From contig CBDFLJ010000001.1 of NCBI GenBank assembly GCA_965248835.1, forward strand, positions 1,408,001-1,472,000: a DNA stretch of 64,000 nt. Direction: 5' to 3'. Below, piece after piece: positions 21,127 to 30,752 of the stretch. The notes beneath the pieces are model-generated. The model was not told the origin of the DNA. It did not search any database and saw only the letters and a list, made by a program, of their open reading frames with translations. Made by a program: the position numbers and the translations under genes. Origin of the DNA: Alphaproteobacteria bacterium (GTDB lineage Bacteria > Pseudomonadota > Alphaproteobacteria > MPNO01). Numbering within the stretch: position 1 is the first letter of the stretch; each line of letters begins with the position of its first letter.

Positions 21127-22320
21127 ATGGAAGGTGGGATCGACGGGTCTGGCATGGGCGCGATGAATTTCGATTTGCCCGATGAGCTGCGCATGCTCAA
21201 GGAGACGGTGCGCAAGTTCGTCGACCGCGAACTGATCCCGATCGAGCGCGAGACCTGCGTCGGCAACAAGGTCAAGCCGGAGATCCGCACCGCGCTGGAG
21301 CAAAAGGCGAAGGAACTGGGGCTGTGGCTCTATGACGTGCCCGAGGCGTATGGCGGGATCGGGCTCGGCCTGCTCGCCCGCGTTGTGGTGTGGTCCGAGC
21401 TCGGCCGGACCATCGCGCTGCCGACGCGCAATGCCAGCATCTTCGGGCCCAGCGTGAGCCCGATCCTCTATTTCCTCAACGACGAGCAGAAGGAACGCTA
21501 CCTCAAGCCGGTGATCGCCGGCGAGCGCAAGGCCTGCTTCGCCCAGACCGAGCCCGATGCCGGCGGCGACCCCGGCGCCATGCGCTCGACCGCGGTCAGG
21601 GACGGCGACCACTACGTGATCAACGGCATGAAGCGGTTCATCACCGGCGCGGACGAGGCCGACTTCGCCCAGGTGTTCGCCGCGACCGACCGGTCCAAGG
21701 GCTCGCGCGGCGGGATCTCGGGCTTCCTGGTCGACATGGACACCCCGGGGGTGAAGCTGCTGCGCCCCCAGGAGACGATGATGGACGACCGGCCGTGGGA
21801 GATTGCCTTCGAGGATGTCAGGGTGCCGGCGGAAAACCGCATCGGCGAGGAGGGCGAGGGCTTCAAGTTCGCCCAGAACTGGATCAGCGCCGGGCGTATC
21901 CGCCACGGCGCGCGCGGCATCGGCGTGATGGAGCGCTGCCTGGAGCTCGGCGCGCGCTATGCCATGCAGCGGGTGACCTTCGGCCAGCCCCTGGCCGAGC
22001 GTCAGTCGGTCCAATGGATGCTGGTCGACACCTATGCCGAGCTCCATCAGCTCCGCCTGATGGTGCACAATGCCGCCTGGAAGGCCGACCGCGACGAGGA
22101 TGTCCGCTACGAGGCGTATATGTGCAAATATATCGGCGACACCAAGTCCTTCGAGGCGGCCGACCGCTGCATGCAGATCCACGGCGGCATCGGGCTGACC
22201 ACCGATTTGCCGATCGAGCGGTTCTGGCGCGACCAGCGCAGCTTCGTTATCACCGAAGGGCCGACCGAGATCCTGAAAATGGCCCTGGCCCGCCGCGTCC
22301 TGCGGGAGTATGGCGGTTGA
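21127..22320 (+). CDS. Acyl-CoA dehydrogenase
   Basis: FAQTEPDAGGD, INGMKRFIT, RVTFGQPL, QIHGGIG and ITEGPTEI. Start may be 21163. Confidence 0.93.
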   Translation: MEGGIDGSGMGAMNFDLPDELRMLKETVRKFVDRELIPIERETCVGNKVKPEIRTALEQKAKELGLWLYDVPEAYGGIGLGLLARVVVWSELGRTIALPTRNASIFGPSVSPILYFLNDEQKERYLKPVIAGERKACFAQTEPDAGGDPGAMRSTAVRDGDHYVINGMKRFITGADEADFAQVFAATDRSKGSRGGISGFLVDMDTPGVKLLRPQETMMDDRPWEIAFEDVRVPAENRIGEEGEGFKFAQNWISAGRIRHGARGIGVMERCLELGARYAMQRVTFGQPLAERQSVQWMLVDTYAELHQLRLMVHNAAWKADRDEDVRYEAYMCKYIGDTKSFEAADRCMQIHGGIGLTTDLPIERFWRDQRSFVITEGPTEILKMALARRVLREYGG

Positions 22321-22386
22321 TCTGACCCGCCTTTGGGCTAAGCTTTCACCAGCGGCGGGTTTGCCGAAGAGCACACGGGGGGCCAG

Positions 22387-23232
22387 ATGTCCGACTACAT
22401 CTACGAATGCGTGAAGGTCGAGATTCGCGACGGCATCGCCTGGGCGATCATGAACCGCCCGGAGAAACGCAACGCGATGAGCCCCCAGCTCCATTACGAC
22501 ATGGACGACGCGCTCGAGCGGCTGGAAGTCGATCCCGACGTAAAGGTCGTCATCGTCACCGGCGCCGGCGGCAATTTCAGCGCCGGACAGGACCTGAAGA
22601 AGTTCTTCCGCGAGCTGGAGAACGATCCCTACGAGCGCAAGAAGGCGCAAAGACACGCCAATAGCTGGCGCTGGCAGCGGCTGTACAACTACGACAAGCC
22701 GACGATCGCGATGATCCACGGCTACTGCGTGGGCGGGGCGTTCATGCAGCTCCTTGGGACCGACTTCGCGATCGCGGCGAAGGAGGCGACGTTCTCGCTG
22801 TCGGAGGTCAACTGGGGCATCCTGCCCGGCGCGCTGGTCTCCAAGGTCGTCTCCGATGCCGTCCTGCCGCGCCACGCGCTCTACTACTGCTGCCTCGGCG
22901 AGCCGTTCGACGGCGACGAGGCGGCCCGGATCGGCATGGTGAACTATGCCGTGCCGCTGGCCGATCTGGAGGCCGAGACGATCAAGCTTGCCGAAAAGCT
23001 GATGGCCAAGAGTCCGGCGGTGCTGCGCGCGACCAAGCAGGCGGTCCGCAAGGTCCGGACGATGGACTTCGATCAGGCCTACGACTACCTGGCCGAGAAG
23101 GGCAAGGCGATCAAGATCGGCGATGCCGAGGATTCCTACAACACCGGCATGCGCCAGTTCCTGGACGAGAAGAGCTACAAGCCGACCTTCGAACCGTTCA
23201 AGCTGGGCACGCTGCTCTCCGACCAGCGTTAG
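22387..23232 (+). CDS. p-Hydroxycinnamoyl-CoA hydratase/lyase (Ech/FerB/CouA type)
   Basis: NRPEKRNAMSP, AGQDLKKFFRE, W-x-W-x-x-L..KPTIAM, LSEVNWGILPG, DYL..K and QFLDEKSYKP, all characteristic of the HCHL crotonase subfamily. Confidence 0.88.
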   Translation: MSDYIYECVKVEIRDGIAWAIMNRPEKRNAMSPQLHYDMDDALERLEVDPDVKVVIVTGAGGNFSAGQDLKKFFRELENDPYERKKAQRHANSWRWQRLYNYDKPTIAMIHGYCVGGAFMQLLGTDFAIAAKEATFSLSEVNWGILPGALVSKVVSDAVLPRHALYYCCLGEPFDGDEAARIGMVNYAVPLADLEAETIKLAEKLMAKSPAVLRATKQAVRKVRTMDFDQAYDYLAEKGKAIKIGDAEDSYNTGMRQFLDEKSYKPTFEPFKLGTLLSDQR

Positions 23233-23287
23233 GCCGGGCCGGAGCGGCCAACCGAGGGTCATCGCCACCTATGACGGGAGGATCACC

Positions 23288-24349
23288 ATGAAGAAGCTGC
23301 TGTTTGCCGCATTTGCCGGCGTGCTCGCCACCGTCGGTGGGCAGGCCGACGCCCAGTTCTACAAGGGCAAGCGGATCACCGTTTTGATCAACTACTCCGC
23401 CGGCGGTCCGACCGACATCGAGGGACGACTGGTCGCCAAGCATTTTGGCAAGCACATTCCCGGCAACCCGCGGATCATCGTCAAGAACATCGCCGGCGCC
23501 GGCGGCATCATCGGCTCCAACTTCATGGGCGAGGTTGCCAGGCCGGACGGGCGGACGGTCGCGATCTTTACCCCGCCGGTAATCTCTCAGCTGCTTGAAG
23601 ATCCCGGCCTGCGGGTGGATTTTTCCAACTTCATCTGGCTTGCCGGCATCGGCCATCCCCAGGTCTGCTACGTGCGCAAGGATGTCGGCACCGGCGTCTC
23701 CATGGTCGCTGACCTGCTGAACCAGAAGGGCTTCAAGGCTGCGGGCATGCGCACCACCTCCTCGCACGACATCCGGCTCAGGATGGCGCTCGACCTGCTT
23801 GGGGCGGACTACAGGTATGTCACCGGCTATCGCGGCCTCGCCAAGGTCGTCGCCTCGGTGATGCAGAACGAAACGCAGTTCTCCTGCGGCTCGGTGCCGG
23901 GCTTCCGCAAGAACGTCGAGCCCAACCTGATAAAGCCGGGCCTTGCGCTCGCGCTGTGGTACTACTCCGCGGTCGATGCCATGGGCAAACAGGTGCGCAA
24001 CCCGCAACTGAAGGGCATCCCGACCTATATCGACGTCTACCGGCAACTCAAGGGCAAGGCCCCCTCGGGTACCAAGTACGAGGCCTTCCAGCTGATCAAC
24101 AACCTCTCGGTCAGCATGCTGCGCGGCTCGTTCGTGCCGGCCGGCACGCCCGATGCGGCGGTCAAGGATCTGCGCGCGGCGTGGGAGGCGCTGGCCAACG
24201 ACAAGGACTTTGCCGCCGATTACATCAAGGTCATCAAGGCGCCGCCGAACCTGATCCAGGCCGCCGCCGCCCAGGCCCACATCAAAGCCGCCGGTCAGGT
24301 CGCGCCCGAGGTCGTCGCCTTTATCAAGGACTTCGTCGGCATCAAGTAG
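23288..24349 (+). CDS. Tripartite tricarboxylate transporter substrate-binding protein (TctC/Bug-like)
   Basis: Signal peptide, FYKGKRI..YSAGGPTD..GR..KHIPGNP.IIVKNIAGAGG and PAGTP. Confidence 0.85.
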   Translation: MKKLLFAAFAGVLATVGGQADAQFYKGKRITVLINYSAGGPTDIEGRLVAKHFGKHIPGNPRIIVKNIAGAGGIIGSNFMGEVARPDGRTVAIFTPPVISQLLEDPGLRVDFSNFIWLAGIGHPQVCYVRKDVGTGVSMVADLLNQKGFKAAGMRTTSSHDIRLRMALDLLGADYRYVTGYRGLAKVVASVMQNETQFSCGSVPGFRKNVEPNLIKPGLALALWYYSAVDAMGKQVRNPQLKGIPTYIDVYRQLKGKAPSGTKYEAFQLINNLSVSMLRGSFVPAGTPDAAVKDLRAAWEALANDKDFAADYIKVIKAPPNLIQAAAAQAHIKAAGQVAPEVVAFIKDFVGIK

Positions 24350-24364
24350 CCGCGCCGACAGCGT

Positions 24365-24416
24365 CCGACGGATAGGAGTGCCCGGGCGGCAGGCAGCCGC
24401 CCGGGCGTTTCGTCGG
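24365..24416 (+). terminator. Strong intercistronic stem-loop between tctC and tctAB
   Basis: Perfect 11-bp stem GCCCGGGCGGC-aggca-GCCGCCCGGGC (24380-24406) with outer CCGACG/CGTCGG pairing. Confidence 0.6.
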
Positions 24417-24426
24417 GGATCCGGGG

Positions 24427-26382
24427 ATGTTCGATGCCGCGCTGGCCGGTCTGGTCTCGGTGCTCGCCTGGCCGGCGATCGGCTATCTGTTCCTCGGGGT
24501 CTTCATCGGGCTTTATTTCGGCGCCGTGCCCGGCCTGTCGGGGCTGGTCGGCATGGCGATCCTGCTGCCGTTCACCTTCTCGATGGACCCGGTGCCGGCG
24601 CTCGCCTTCCTGCTCGGAATGTTCGCGGTCACCACGACCAGCGACACCATCGCCTCGGTTTTGCTCGGCATTCCCGGGACCGCGGCCTCCCAGGCCACCA
24701 TCCTCGACGGCTATCCGATGGCGATGAAGGGCGAAGCCTCGCGCGCCTTCGGGGCCGCCTTCACGGTCTCCGCCGTCGGCGGGCTCCTGGGCGCGCTTGT
24801 CCTCGGCGTTTCGATTCCGATCGTCAAGCCGCTGATCCTGTCCTTCACCCAGGCGGAGTTCTTCATGCTGGGCCTGCTCGGGCTCGCCATGGTGGGCTCG
24901 CTCAGCGGCGATTCGATGCTGCGCGGGCTCACCGCGGCATTGATCGGGCTGTCGCTCAGCTTCATCGGCTATGCCGAGAACGGCGCGGTGCCGCGCTACT
25001 GGCTGGGCGCGACCTACCTGCTCGAGGGGTTGCCGCTGATCCCGGTCGTGCTCGGGCTGTTCGCGCTGCCCGAGGTGATCGACCTGGCCATCCGCGACAC
25101 CTCGATCTCGCGGGTGCCGCAGGACAAGGTCGCCGGCGGCATGCTGACCGGCATCGGCGACGCCGCCCGCAACTGGTGGCTGGTGCTGCGCTCGACCGCG
25201 ATCGGGGCCTATGTCGGGATGCTGCCGGGCCTCGGCGGCTCGATCGTCGACTGGGTGGCCTACGGCCATGTGGTGCAGAGCAGCAAGGACAAGGACGGGT
25301 TCGGCAAGGGCGATGTGCGCGGGGTGATCGCGCCGGAGACCGCCAACAACGCCATGAAGGGCGGCGCGCTGATCCCGACCGTCGCCTTCGGCATCCCGGG
25401 CAGCGCCTCGATGGCGATCCTCCTGGGCGCGCTGCTGATCCAGGGCATGACCCCGGGTCCGGAGATGCTGACGGTCAAGCTCGACGTCACCTTCGCGATG
25501 ATGTGGACGCTGGCGATCGCCAACGTCGCCGGCGCGATCCTGCTGATGCTGCTCGCCAAGCAGGTCGCCAAGGTGAGCTTCATCCGCGGCACTCTGATCG
25601 TGCCGGCGGTGACGGTCTTCGTCTTCATGGGCGCGTGGCTTGCCAACAGCAACCTGGGTGACTGGGTGACGCTGATGATCTTCGGCGTCTTCGGCTACCT
25701 GATGAAGCAGGGCGGCGTGCCGCGCCCGCCGATGGTGCTCGGCTTGGTGATCGGCCCGATCATGGAGAACGCGCTGTTCATCACCAATTCGGCCCATGAC
25801 GGGCTCGACTGGCTGGGCCGGCCGATCTGCCTGGTGATCGCGGTGCTGATCGCGCTCACCATCGCCTTCGCCGTCCGCCGCACGGTGACCGCGCGCGCGG
25901 GCGGGACCAGGATTTCGGCCGACCTCGGCCGCGCCGACCCGGTGCTGGCGGTCGCAGCCATCGCGGTCTGCTTTGCCGTGTTCGCCTATGCTGTGGTCCC
26001 GACCTTCTCCTGGCCGGCGGACGTCGGCCGGATCCCGATGGTCACCGTAATTCCGGGCATCGCGCTGTCCGTTGCGGCACTGGTCGTTGCGGTGCGCGAG
26101 CTCGTCAGGGTTTGCGCCTCGGGCGGCGATGCCTTCCCGGTCCGGGGCGAGCTCGGCGCTGCCGGCCGCTTCTTCCTCTGGTGGATCGGCGTCTTCGCCG
26201 TCACGCTGCTGGCCGGCCAGCTCGTCGCCCTGCCGGCCTTCGTCTTCCTGTTCATGCTCTTCTGGGGCCGGTTTTCCTGGTGGAACGCCGGACTCTACGC
26301 CGCGGCGACCTGGCTGTTCCTCTATGTGATGTTCGACCAGGTCGTCGCGGTGCTCTGGTACCCCTCGGTGCTGTTCTACTGA
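24427..26382 (+). CDS. TTT permease TctA with a fused C-terminal TctB-like 4-TM domain
   Basis: GAVPGLSG, LGIPGT..TILDGYPMA, APETANNA..GGALIPT..FGIPG, then about 150 extra hydrophobic residues ending LFLYVMFDQVVAVLWY. Confidence 0.85.
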   Translation: MFDAALAGLVSVLAWPAIGYLFLGVFIGLYFGAVPGLSGLVGMAILLPFTFSMDPVPALAFLLGMFAVTTTSDTIASVLLGIPGTAASQATILDGYPMAMKGEASRAFGAAFTVSAVGGLLGALVLGVSIPIVKPLILSFTQAEFFMLGLLGLAMVGSLSGDSMLRGLTAALIGLSLSFIGYAENGAVPRYWLGATYLLEGLPLIPVVLGLFALPEVIDLAIRDTSISRVPQDKVAGGMLTGIGDAARNWWLVLRSTAIGAYVGMLPGLGGSIVDWVAYGHVVQSSKDKDGFGKGDVRGVIAPETANNAMKGGALIPTVAFGIPGSASMAILLGALLIQGMTPGPEMLTVKLDVTFAMMWTLAIANVAGAILLMLLAKQVAKVSFIRGTLIVPAVTVFVFMGAWLANSNLGDWVTLMIFGVFGYLMKQGGVPRPPMVLGLVIGPIMENALFITNSAHDGLDWLGRPICLVIAVLIALTIAFAVRRTVTARAGGTRISADLGRADPVLAVAAIAVCFAVFAYAVVPTFSWPADVGRIPMVTVIPGIALSVAALVVAVRELVRVCASGGDAFPVRGELGAAGRFFLWWIGVFAVTLLAGQLVALPAFVFLFMLFWGRFSWWNAGLYAAATWLFLYVMFDQVVAVLWYPSVLFY

Positions 26383-27464
26383 GACCGGCCGCGGGCGGCG
26401 ATCTCCCAGATGTCCTCGACCTCGTCGTCGCGGGTGATGATGAAGCGGTCGTGCAGGTTGACCGTGGTATCGCAGTGGCTCGGCATCAGCACCACCTTGT
26501 CGCCGACCGCCAGCGGCGAGTCGCCCGGAAAGCTCAGCTCGCCGTGCTCGTCGCCGGCGAACCGGAACACCGCCTCGGGATGATTGATCGCCATCGGCGG
26601 ACCGCCGTCGCCGCTGATCGCCTTCCAGCCCGAATCCAGGATAACCCGGTTCGGGGCCGGCCGGCTGATGACCCCGGCATAGACGCTCAGTGAACTCTCG
26701 AACGGCGGGGCCGGCGCGTCCTGCCATTCGATCGCGCTGTAGTTCGTGTCCATGAAGATGTAGCTGCCAGGCTGGAGCTCGGTCAGCCCGCCGAGCGCGA
26801 TGTCGATCACCGAGGTGCCGGTGCCGCCGCCGGTCAGGACCGCGATCTCGATTCCGGCCTTGCGCACCAGGTCCGCGCTCCGGTTCAGCAGGTCGAGCGC
26901 CTTCTCGACCGCGCTGCGCCGCTCGGCGAGGCTCGCCCGCATCTGGACCGCGCCCTGATAGCCCTGCAGGCCCTTGAAGGTGAGCCACGGATTTCCGTCG
27001 ATCAGGACGGCGAGCTCGGCCGCGCGCGGGCCCGGCGGAACGCCGCAGCGGCCCTGGCCGACATCGACCTCGACCAGAACGTCGAGCCGGAGCCCCGCGG
27101 TCTGGGCGCCGGCGGCGAGATCGGCGATGTTGTCCGCATCATCGACGACCACCGCGATACGGGACTTTTGCGCCGCGTTGACCAGCCGCATCACCTTGGA
27201 CCGGCCGATGACCCCGGTGGTGATCAATATGTCCTCGATGCCGGCCTCGGCCATCACCTCGGCCTCGCCGAGCTTGGCGCAGCACACGCCGACGGCGCCG
27301 GCCTCGATCTGAAGCTTCGCGACATGCGGCGACTTGTGAGCCTTGGCGTGCGGCCGGTAGGCGATCCCGGCCTCGGCGGCGAGCGCGGACATGCGCGCGA
27401 TATTGCGCTCGAACGACGCGGCGTCGACCATCAGGACGGGGGTGTCGAGCTCTTCGATCTTCAT
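26376..27464 (-). CDS. DSD1/D-threonine aldolase family PLP enzyme (fold type III)
   Basis: LDTPVL, RPHAKAHK, EVDVGQGRCGV, GGGTGT, ELQPGSYIFMD, DEHG and PSHCDTTVN. Confidence 0.9.
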   Translation of the reverse strand: MKIEELDTPVLMVDAASFERNIARMSALAAEAGIAYRPHAKAHKSPHVAKLQIEAGAVGVCCAKLGEAEVMAEAGIEDILITTGVIGRSKVMRLVNAAQKSRIAVVVDDADNIADLAAGAQTAGLRLDVLVEVDVGQGRCGVPPGPRAAELAVLIDGNPWLTFKGLQGYQGAVQMRASLAERRSAVEKALDLLNRSADLVRKAGIEIAVLTGGGTGTSVIDIALGGLTELQPGSYIFMDTNYSAIEWQDAPAPPFESSLSVYAGVISRPAPNRVILDSGWKAISGDGGPPMAINHPEAVFRFAGDEHGELSFPGDSPLAVGDKVVLMPSHCDTTVNLHDRFIITRDDEVEDIWEIAARGRSQ

Positions 27465-29140
27465 GGCCTGCGTTCGTAGACCACCTTTCCGCCGACGATC
27501 GTGGTTTCGGCCAGCGTGTCTTTGATGTCCCCTTCGGGACAGCTCAGCGGGTCGCGGTCGAGCACGACCATGTCGGCGAGCTTGCCGACCTCGAGCGAGC
27601 CCTTGACGTCTTCCTCGAAGCTCAGCCACGCGCCTTCGATCGTCGCGCAGCGCAGCGCGTCCTCCCGGCTCAGCGCCTGGCCGGCCCCGATCCGCGTGCC
27701 GGTATGCAGGTTCTCGCGCGCGATCGACTGCCAGACCGGGTAGAATAGGCTGGTCGGCACGTTGTCGGTGGCCAGCGAGACGTGCACGCCGTGCTCACGC
27801 AGCCGCTTGAGGGGCACGATGTCCTCCTCCCGCGCCGGGCCGAGCTCTTCGAGCATGATATGGGACTGCTTGTGGATGTAGCGGTTGGTGTGGGTGGTCA
27901 GCACCAGGCCCAGATCGGCGATGCGGCGGACCTCGTCCTGGCTGAACGCGCGGATGTGGCCAAGGATCCAGCGCTGATCGGCGATCGGCACCACCCGGTT
28001 CGCCGCCTCGAACAGGTCCAGGAACTCGCCCCACAGCGCCGCCACCCGGATGCCGTTGCGCGCGGCCTCGACCAGGAAGCCGACCATCCGATCCTCGGGC
28101 ACGCCGCAATCGTAGTTGAATCCCGACCACCCGGTATAGGGCGAGGCGCGCGCGCGCAGCAGGCTGTCCTGGTTGAAGCCGAACTCGGTATACATGCCAC
28201 CGACCGCGAGCCACGGATCGCCCAGCCCGCGCCCACCGAGCCAGCCCGACCACGACCTGAGCGCGTGGGTGTAGTCGATATCCCGCTCCGGCCCCCAGGA
28301 CGGGCTGAAGACGAGGTTCGCCCGCACCGTTGCCTCACCCGCGGCATGGACCGCCTGATAGGCCTGGATCAGCTCCTGCGCGGCGCCATGCTCCTCGAAG
28401 ACGCTGGTCGTGCCGGTGGCGTTGTAGACCCGCATCGCCACCTTGAGCCCGCGGACCCGGTCCTCGGCCGTGAACCGCGGCGCCATCTGGAAATGGCTGA
28501 GCTCGACCACCGGCATGAAGGTGTTCTCGTGGATGACGCCGGTGGGTTCACCGGTCTGCGCATCACGCTCGAAGGTGATGGTATCCGACGGATCGGCCGT
28601 CTCCCTGCCGATCCCGCCAAGCGCCAGCGCGGCCGAGTTGGCGACCGAGGTCAGCGGCAGGATGTGGCGCCAGAACCCCCAGATCGGGCGGATATAGACC
28701 GGATTGTCCGGCGCGACCCGGTCGAGCTCCCAGCGCGTCGGGAAGCGTTTCTCGGCGAGGTTGTCGGGGACGTCCCAGTAATAGGGCGGATCGCCGATCG
28801 GCATGGTGAGGATCCACTGGCCCGGCGTGGATTCGGCAACCAGCGCTTCGATGCGCTGCAAGACATCGTCGATCGAACGGCAGCCCGCGAGCGAGGGGAA
28901 GACCGGCTTCAGCCCTTCGCGGTCGAGATGGGCGTGGCCGTCGATCAGCCCGGGCACGACCGCCCGTCCGCCGGCATCGATCAGCCTGGTTTCGGGTCCG
29001 GCCAGCGCTTCGATCTCGGCCGCTCCGCCGATGGCCACAATCCGCTCGCCGCGCACTGCCACGGCTTCGGCGAGCCCGAAGGCGGGATCGACGGTGATGA
29101 CCTTCCCGCGGCTGAGGATCAGATCGACCGGGCCTGCCAT
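27461..29140 (-). CDS. Amidohydrolase 3 family protein (YtcJ/NfdA-like)
   Basis: AVAVRGERIVAIG, PGLIDGHAH, TRWELDRVAPDNPV and KGSLEVGKLAD...TIVGGKVVY. ATGA/TGATG overlaps with both neighbours. Confidence 0.9.
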   Translation of the reverse strand: MAGPVDLILSRGKVITVDPAFGLAEAVAVRGERIVAIGGAAEIEALAGPETRLIDAGGRAVVPGLIDGHAHLDREGLKPVFPSLAGCRSIDDVLQRIEALVAESTPGQWILTMPIGDPPYYWDVPDNLAEKRFPTRWELDRVAPDNPVYIRPIWGFWRHILPLTSVANSAALALGGIGRETADPSDTITFERDAQTGEPTGVIHENTFMPVVELSHFQMAPRFTAEDRVRGLKVAMRVYNATGTTSVFEEHGAAQELIQAYQAVHAAGEATVRANLVFSPSWGPERDIDYTHALRSWSGWLGGRGLGDPWLAVGGMYTEFGFNQDSLLRARASPYTGWSGFNYDCGVPEDRMVGFLVEAARNGIRVAALWGEFLDLFEAANRVVPIADQRWILGHIRAFSQDEVRRIADLGLVLTTHTNRYIHKQSHIMLEELGPAREEDIVPLKRLREHGVHVSLATDNVPTSLFYPVWQSIARENLHTGTRIGAGQALSREDALRCATIEGAWLSFEEDVKGSLEVGKLADMVVLDRDPLSCPEGDIKDTLAETTIVGGKVVYERRP

Positions 29141-30726
29141 CAGGCGCCGACCGCGTAGGCCTCGCGCCGGGTATCGGCCGCGCCCAGCAGCACGCCGTCG
29201 GCCCGTCGTTCGATCACCTTGGCCGATCCGAAATATGACGCGCCCGCCGCGCGCTTGACCGGGAAGCCCTGGGCGGCCAAGCGCCGGGCGACATCGTCGG
29301 GGTAGGCCTCGTCCAGCAGCGTCTCGCCGTTGAGGTTGATGCTCCAGCGCGGCGCCTCGATGGCGGCCGTCAGCTCGATGCCGCGGTCGACCAGGTTCGA
29401 CAGGATCTGGACGTGCGACAGCGTCTGGCTCGGCCCGCCCGGCGTGGCCATCAGGTAGCGCAGCGCGCCGCCGTCGAGGACCACCACCGGATTCAGCGTG
29501 TGGGCCGGCCGCTTGCCGGGCGCAAGCACGCCGGCATGGTCCGGGTCGGTGCTGAACCCGGTCATCCGGTTGTTCATGTGGAAGCCGGTGCCGGGATCGA
29601 GGAAAGCGCCGCCGAAGACATGGAACACCGACTGCACGACCGAGATGCCGTTGCCTTCGCCGTCGGCCAGCGTGATGCAGGACGTCCCGCCCGCCGGATG
29701 GGCCGCCGCCGCGGCCGTCGCCGTCTCGCCCCGCGCCGCTTCCCGCAGCCGAGCGGTGGTCGCGGCACCCAGCATGTCGTCCACCGGGACCGGGTTGGTC
29801 CTGGGATCGGCGATCAGGTCCCGGCCCTCGGCGAAGACCGCGCGTTGGGCGCGCATGAAACAGGCAAGCCGAGCCGCATCGTCCGCGGTGAGGTCCTCGG
29901 GTGCGATGCCGTCCAGCGCGTTGAGCTGCATCAGCATCAGCACGCCGTATGAGTTGGGCGGCATCACTCGGACGGTCAGCCCGCGATAGGTCCCGGTCAG
30001 CGGCTCGACCCATTCGGGCTCGTAGCCGGCGAAGTCCTCGGCCGTCATCACGCCGCCGCAGGCCTGGCTGTAGGCGCCGATCGAGGCGCCGATCTCGCCC
30101 TCATAGACGACCTTGCTGCCCTCATCGGCGATCAGCCGCAGGCTGCGGGCAAGCGCCGGCTGGCGGACGATCGCTCCGGCGGGCAGGGGCTCGCCGTCGG
30201 GGTAGTAGATCTCTCGCAGCCCCGGATCGCCCTCGACATCCTCGCGGAACAGGTGCAGCGCGGCGGCGAGCACGCGCGAAACCGGATGGGCTTCGGCGAG
30301 CCGGACCGCGTCTTCCATCAGATCGGCCCAGGCGAGCTTGCCGTAGTGTTGGTGCATGCGCTCCCAGCCGCGGACCATGCCTGGCACGCTGGCGGCCAGC
30401 GGCCCGCGCAGCGGGATGCCGTCCCGGTAGGCCGCCAGCGTCGCCCCGGCCGGCGCGTGGCCCGAGGCGTTCATGCCGTGGGTGCGGCCCTGCCTGGCGT
30501 CGTGGAAGAGGATGAACGCATCGCCGCCGAGCGAGGTCGCGTGCGGCAGGACCACCGACAGCGTAGCCGAGGTGGCGATCATCGCGTCGACCAGCGAGCC
30601 GCCGCGCTCCAACACCCGCAGCCCGGAGATCGAGGCCTGGGAGTGGCCGGAGACCACCATCGCGTTCATGCCGTAGACCGGTGAGCGGGGGATCTTGACC
30701 CCGGCGAAACTGTCTTGCTTGGCCAT
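29140..30726 (-). CDS. Gamma-glutamyltransferase family Ntn hydrolase, no signal peptide
   Basis: LGGDAF, SVPG.V.GW, PPNSYG, autoprocessing Thr in GGTSCIT.AD.EGN, PGKRPAHTLNP, TPGG and GAADTRR. Confidence 0.9.
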   Translation of the reverse strand: MAKQDSFAGVKIPRSPVYGMNAMVVSGHSQASISGLRVLERGGSLVDAMIATSATLSVVLPHATSLGGDAFILFHDARQGRTHGMNASGHAPAGATLAAYRDGIPLRGPLAASVPGMVRGWERMHQHYGKLAWADLMEDAVRLAEAHPVSRVLAAALHLFREDVEGDPGLREIYYPDGEPLPAGAIVRQPALARSLRLIADEGSKVVYEGEIGASIGAYSQACGGVMTAEDFAGYEPEWVEPLTGTYRGLTVRVMPPNSYGVLMLMQLNALDGIAPEDLTADDAARLACFMRAQRAVFAEGRDLIADPRTNPVPVDDMLGAATTARLREAARGETATAAAAAHPAGGTSCITLADGEGNGISVVQSVFHVFGGAFLDPGTGFHMNNRMTGFSTDPDHAGVLAPGKRPAHTLNPVVVLDGGALRYLMATPGGPSQTLSHVQILSNLVDRGIELTAAIEAPRWSINLNGETLLDEAYPDDVARRLAAQGFPVKRAAGASYFGSAKVIERRADGVLLGAADTRREAYAVGA

Positions 30727-30752
30727 CGATTCCGCTCTCGTCCCGGTCGCGC

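Noticed and set aside
18907-23268. Very long antisense ORFs (also 39532..43212, 24295..26988, 49847..52168 and others)
   Set aside because: They mirror well-supported genes on the other strand and carry no motifs, which is expected in high-GC coding DNA with few antisense stops.
27461-30013. 850-aa amidohydrolase ORF
   Set aside because: The part upstream of 29140 is an alternative frame of the GGT-family gene. The true start overlaps the GGT stop.
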